Assembly (NCBI RefSeq): GCF_006345805.1
Contig: NC_043000.1
Span: 15,500,001 to 15,564,000, forward strand
Reading direction: 5' to 3'
Source of the DNA: Octopus sinensis
Taxonomy: Eukaryota
DNA length: 64,000 nt
Of the stretch, positions 60,436-64,000 are shown one piece after another (position 1 is the first letter of the stretch; each line of letters starts with the position of its first letter). The position numbers and the translations under genes were made by a program. The notes beneath the pieces are model-generated. The model did not search any database. It was not told where the DNA came from and worked only from the letters and a program-made list of their open reading frames with translations.

Positions 60436-61550
60436 AAATAGTGCAATAGGTGTACCACAACATGTAGTAAACGAATACATAAAATAAAAAAAAAGGGCGC
60501 TGTCAAAGTGGGGGGGGGGTCGGAAAATTCACATCGGGAATGTTCCGAGTATTCTCACCACTTCCCCGTCCGTCGGCGAATTTTTTTTTTTTCATATTCG
60601 TTTACTATATATTCTTTTACACCTAGTACACTATTTTCTTTTTCAGTTTTTGTGACGGGGGTTGTGTGGGGTGCGGACTCGGATAATCCACACGATCCAG
60701 TAACCCCCACTTCGACACCCGGTCATAAAAATGAAATAAAAATAGTGGGAATTTTCTGAGTCCTCTCCCCCCGTCCCCCGTTTACCAGCTCGCATTTTTT
60801 TTCCCATATTCGTTTACTACATGTTGTTTTACACCTTTTATTTCTCTTTTCTCTTTCTCTTTTCCTTGTTTCAGTCATTTTGACTGCGGCCATGCTGGAG
60901 CACCGCCTTTAATCGAGCAACTCGACCCCGGGACTTATTCTTTTGTAAGCCCAGTACTTATTCTATCGCTCTCTTTTGTCGAACCGCTAAGTAACGGGGA
61001 CATAAACACACCACCATCGGTTGTCAAACAATGCTAGGGGGACAAACACACACACACACAAACATACACACACACATATATATATACATATATACGACGG
61101 GCTTCTTTCAGTTTCCGTCTACCAAATCCACTCACAAGGCTTTGGTCAGCCCGAGGCTATAGTAGAAGACACTTGCCCAAGGTGCCACGCAGTGGGACTG
61201 AACCCGGAACCATTATACTATTTTTTTTTTTCATTTTTGTGACCGGGTGTCGAAGTGGGGTTACTGGATCGTGTGAATTATCAGAGTCAGCACCCCACCC
61301 ACTCCCCGTCACAAAAATAATGAAAAAAAAATTGATAAATAGTGTACTATGTGTAAAATAATGTGTAGTAAACGAATGAATATGAAGAGAAACAAATTTC
61401 GCCGACGGGCGGGGAAGTGGTGAGAGGACTCGGAACATTCCTAATATGAATTTTCCGAGTCCTCTTCCCCGCCTCCCGTTTGCCAGCGTGCATTTTTTTT
61501 TCATATTCGTTTACTACATGTTGTGGTACACCTATTGCACTATTTTTTTT
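60436..61550. mobile_element. Foldback element (about 300-bp inverted arms) with central SINE A (about 60843-61212, minus)
   Basis: 60436-60740 is inverted relative to 61215-61550; a ~90-bp module (..CATATTCGTTTACTA..) recurs five times. Confidence 0.8.
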
Positions 61551-62128
61551 CTCGGGTCAAACACTTACCTTTTATGTATGAGAACAAAAAAGGCATAAAA
61601 ACTTTATGCACCATGCAGTTAATGTTATAAGAATTATTTATTAATTGTTTTCATTTTGTTGTTTTACAATTATTCTTCCAGTCAATTGGAACAAATGTTT
61701 TTATGACTGCATGCCCACCTGCATCACTCAACTTTGCATCTTGATGGAACCTGTTGTCACAAAGGCAAACAGAGTTATGTACCTTAGCTAGGTTGGGTAT
61801 AGTTATATAAATGTCGATATTATTCATGAATATTACTGTTAGTTATAGTAATTTTAATTTACTGGTAAGATTACTATAACTATGTCGTCAGTTGTTCAGT
61901 ACCTTGGCCACACAACAATTGTGTTTCATGTAACAATACATTGTCAAGAGACAGAAATTACATTCAATTTCGTTATGGGAGAGAAAAGCACACAAATATC
62001 TCAAAAACTTGTGTTTCAGTTCCTGAAGCTGTTGGAGCCCTGCATAATTCACAGGTCATTCATTAACTTGGAATATTGAGTTCAAATTTTGATATGAATG
62101 TTACCTAAAGAAAAATTATTTCTTTCAG

Positions 62129-62172
62129 TTTGGTGTGTCCTATGAAGATGAAATATTTCACTTGGCACTTAG
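62129..62172 (+). CDS. Candidate 44-nt internal exon (FGVSYEDEIFHLAL-R/S), gene unknown
   Basis: Acceptor ATTTCTTTCAG, open frame, donor AG|GTACTT; non-repeat context. Could be a chance match. Confidence 0.3.
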
Positions 62173-62479
62173 GTACTTGTGTGAAAACCTAATGGATTAC
62201 AAAACTAGGCATAGAAGTAACCATCTAATTTAATATCTCTTTGTTTGGATAATGTGTAGCGATTTAATATATATCATTTATTGCAGATCTTGATAAAAAA
62301 AAAATTGTAAATGATCAATTCTTTTCAAACTTACTTTATCTTATAATATCACTGTATCAACCAGTTTATCAGATGTTGTTATATACCGCTGGTCACAGTG
62401 TGCTTTCTCACATTGTTGTAGCTTTTGAATGATACCATCCACTACCTAGGTGAACAGGCCAACATTCCCCTCCAACAGA

Positions 62480-62620
62480 ATGCCGGTCCATCATGGGGTT
62501 ACAGCTGAGTGAACTGGAGCAACATGAAATAAAATGTTTTGCCTAGAAATGCAACACGTCACCTATCTGGGAATCAGATCACAATCTTGTGATTGTGAGT
62601 GTAACCCTAAAAACTAAGGT
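62480..62620 (-). mobile_element. Degenerate H2-head SINE
   Basis: CAGCTGAGTGAACTGGAGCAACATGAAATAAA body match. Confidence 0.65.
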
Positions 62621-62734
62621 GTCACCTTCATATCTTGTAATATCTAACATTAAGAACATGTGATCTAGTAATAATTTATTTGCTGATTTAAAATTTTTCA
62701 GTTTTAAACACCTTATGGCTCTATATCAGTACTT

Positions 62735-63005
62735 TCCAAGCGCTGGACTGGCGTCCGTGTTGGTGACATGTAGAAAGCACCAACCGATCGTGGCCGTTTG
62801 CCAGCCTCTTCTGGCCCCTGTGCCGGTGGCATGTAAAAAGTGCCCACTACACTCACGGAGTGGTTGGCGTTAGGAAGGGCATCCAGCTGTAGAAACTGCC
62901 AGATCAGACTGGAGCCTGGTGCAGCCTCCTGGCTTCCAAGACCCCAGTCGAACCGTCCAACCCATGCTAGCATGGAAAACGGACGTTAAACGATGATGAT
63001 GATGA
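62735..63005 (+). mobile_element. Orphan RTE 3' UTR copy; older copy at about 63560-63735
   Basis: Motif order and (GAT)n tail. Confidence 0.85.
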
Positions 63006-63166
63006 TTTTCTCCCAGGTCCCACTATAACTTTCCAGAAAAATGTATGCCCCAACTTTATTTCTAATATTTTATCACAATTATTCAACACTAAAGAATCTA
63101 CCAATAACTCTTTTATTAAGTACTGAGTATAAAAAGTAATACATTATTGACTAAGAAAAAGAAAGT

Positions 63167-63395
63167 GAATCATTTTAATGAGCATCTTGTGCCTAACAAC
63201 TATGGCACCATGCCCTATCACAATTTTCCCAGGCTCCACATTGAGAATCACTGCTCTATATAAAGTGTAGAATCACTTTAATGAGCATCTTGTGCCTGAC
63301 AGCTATGGCACCATGCCCCACCACAATTTTCCCAGGCTCCATCGGTGGGGGCGTATGCCTCACATTGAAAATCATTCTCTATACAAAGTGTAAGA
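63167..63395 (+). repeat. Two-copy tandem duplication of about 100 bp; second copy has a ~20-bp insertion
   Basis: GAATCA.TTTAATGAGCATCTTGTGCCT..CACAATTTTCCCAGGCTCCA occurs twice. Confidence 0.8.
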
Positions 63396-63829
63396 TATCT
63401 ACATTCCTTTGTAAATTCTGTGTTCACCTGCAATTTCAACAAAACAAAAACCTTAACGAATTCAAACTGAATATTAACTCTACAAATCCCCACAGGTTTT
63501 CCTCCAACAAACACACACGGACATACACATCTGCACATAGGGGTAACCTTAAAATGCTACGAGATTTGTCTCGCCACTTCAGACTAAGGGCATCCAGTCG
63601 TAGAAACCATACCAAATCAAACTGGAGTCTGGTGTGGTCCTTCAGCTTGCCAGCCCTGGTCAAAACGTCCAACCCATGCCAGCATGGACAACGGACATTA
63701 AATGATGATGATAATGATGATAAGAATGATGATGATGAGTATCTTAAAACAAAACATTATTGAAATCAGAAAAATTCAAAGCTTATCTTTTCGATGGAAT
63801 AAACTCACTGCAATATTTTTTCATCGTTT

Positions 63830-64000
63830 GTCTTTTACTCATTTCAGTCATTATACTGCAGCCAAGTTGGGCACCATTTTGAAGGACCAACTCAAACAAA
63901 TTCACCCAAGTACTTATTTTTAAAGCTTGGTACTTATCCTCTTTTACCAAAGTGCTAAGTTGCAGGGACATAAACAAACCAACATCAATTGTCAAGTGGT
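63830..64000 (-). mobile_element. Degenerate SINE A 3' part (runs off the window)
   Basis: Diverged match. Confidence 0.7.

Overview
This is AT-rich eukaryotic genomic DNA, and its SINE, microsatellite and LINE content suggests an octopus or other coleoid cephalopod (inference, not a database match). Only one complete gene is visible: an intronless, divergent saccharopine dehydrogenase-like oxidoreductase (SCCPDH-like, 55632..56927, minus strand). Just upstream of it lie a 9-unit minisatellite and a Helitron. A TATA box, a 23-codon signal-peptide exon and a GTAAG donor at about 4.6-4.8 kb (minus strand) point to a second, secreted-protein gene whose later exons I could not identify. The rest is mostly repeats. 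These include dozens of tRNA-derived SINEs with mix-and-match heads and tails, and a 5'-truncated RTE LINE with a PHD finger inside its RT region plus many orphan copies of its 3' UTR. There are also a CR1 LINE, several restriction-like-endonuclease retroelement ends (R4/Dong-like and CRE-like, some sitting in microsatellites), Penelope and Tc1/mariner fossils, Helitrons, and MITE/foldback elements. Several short-range inverted or templated duplications are visible. Repeat family labels (SINE A, B, D-G; heads H1/H2) are my own. Repeat boundaries are approximate unless a target-site duplication (TSD) is quoted. All alignments were done by eye.
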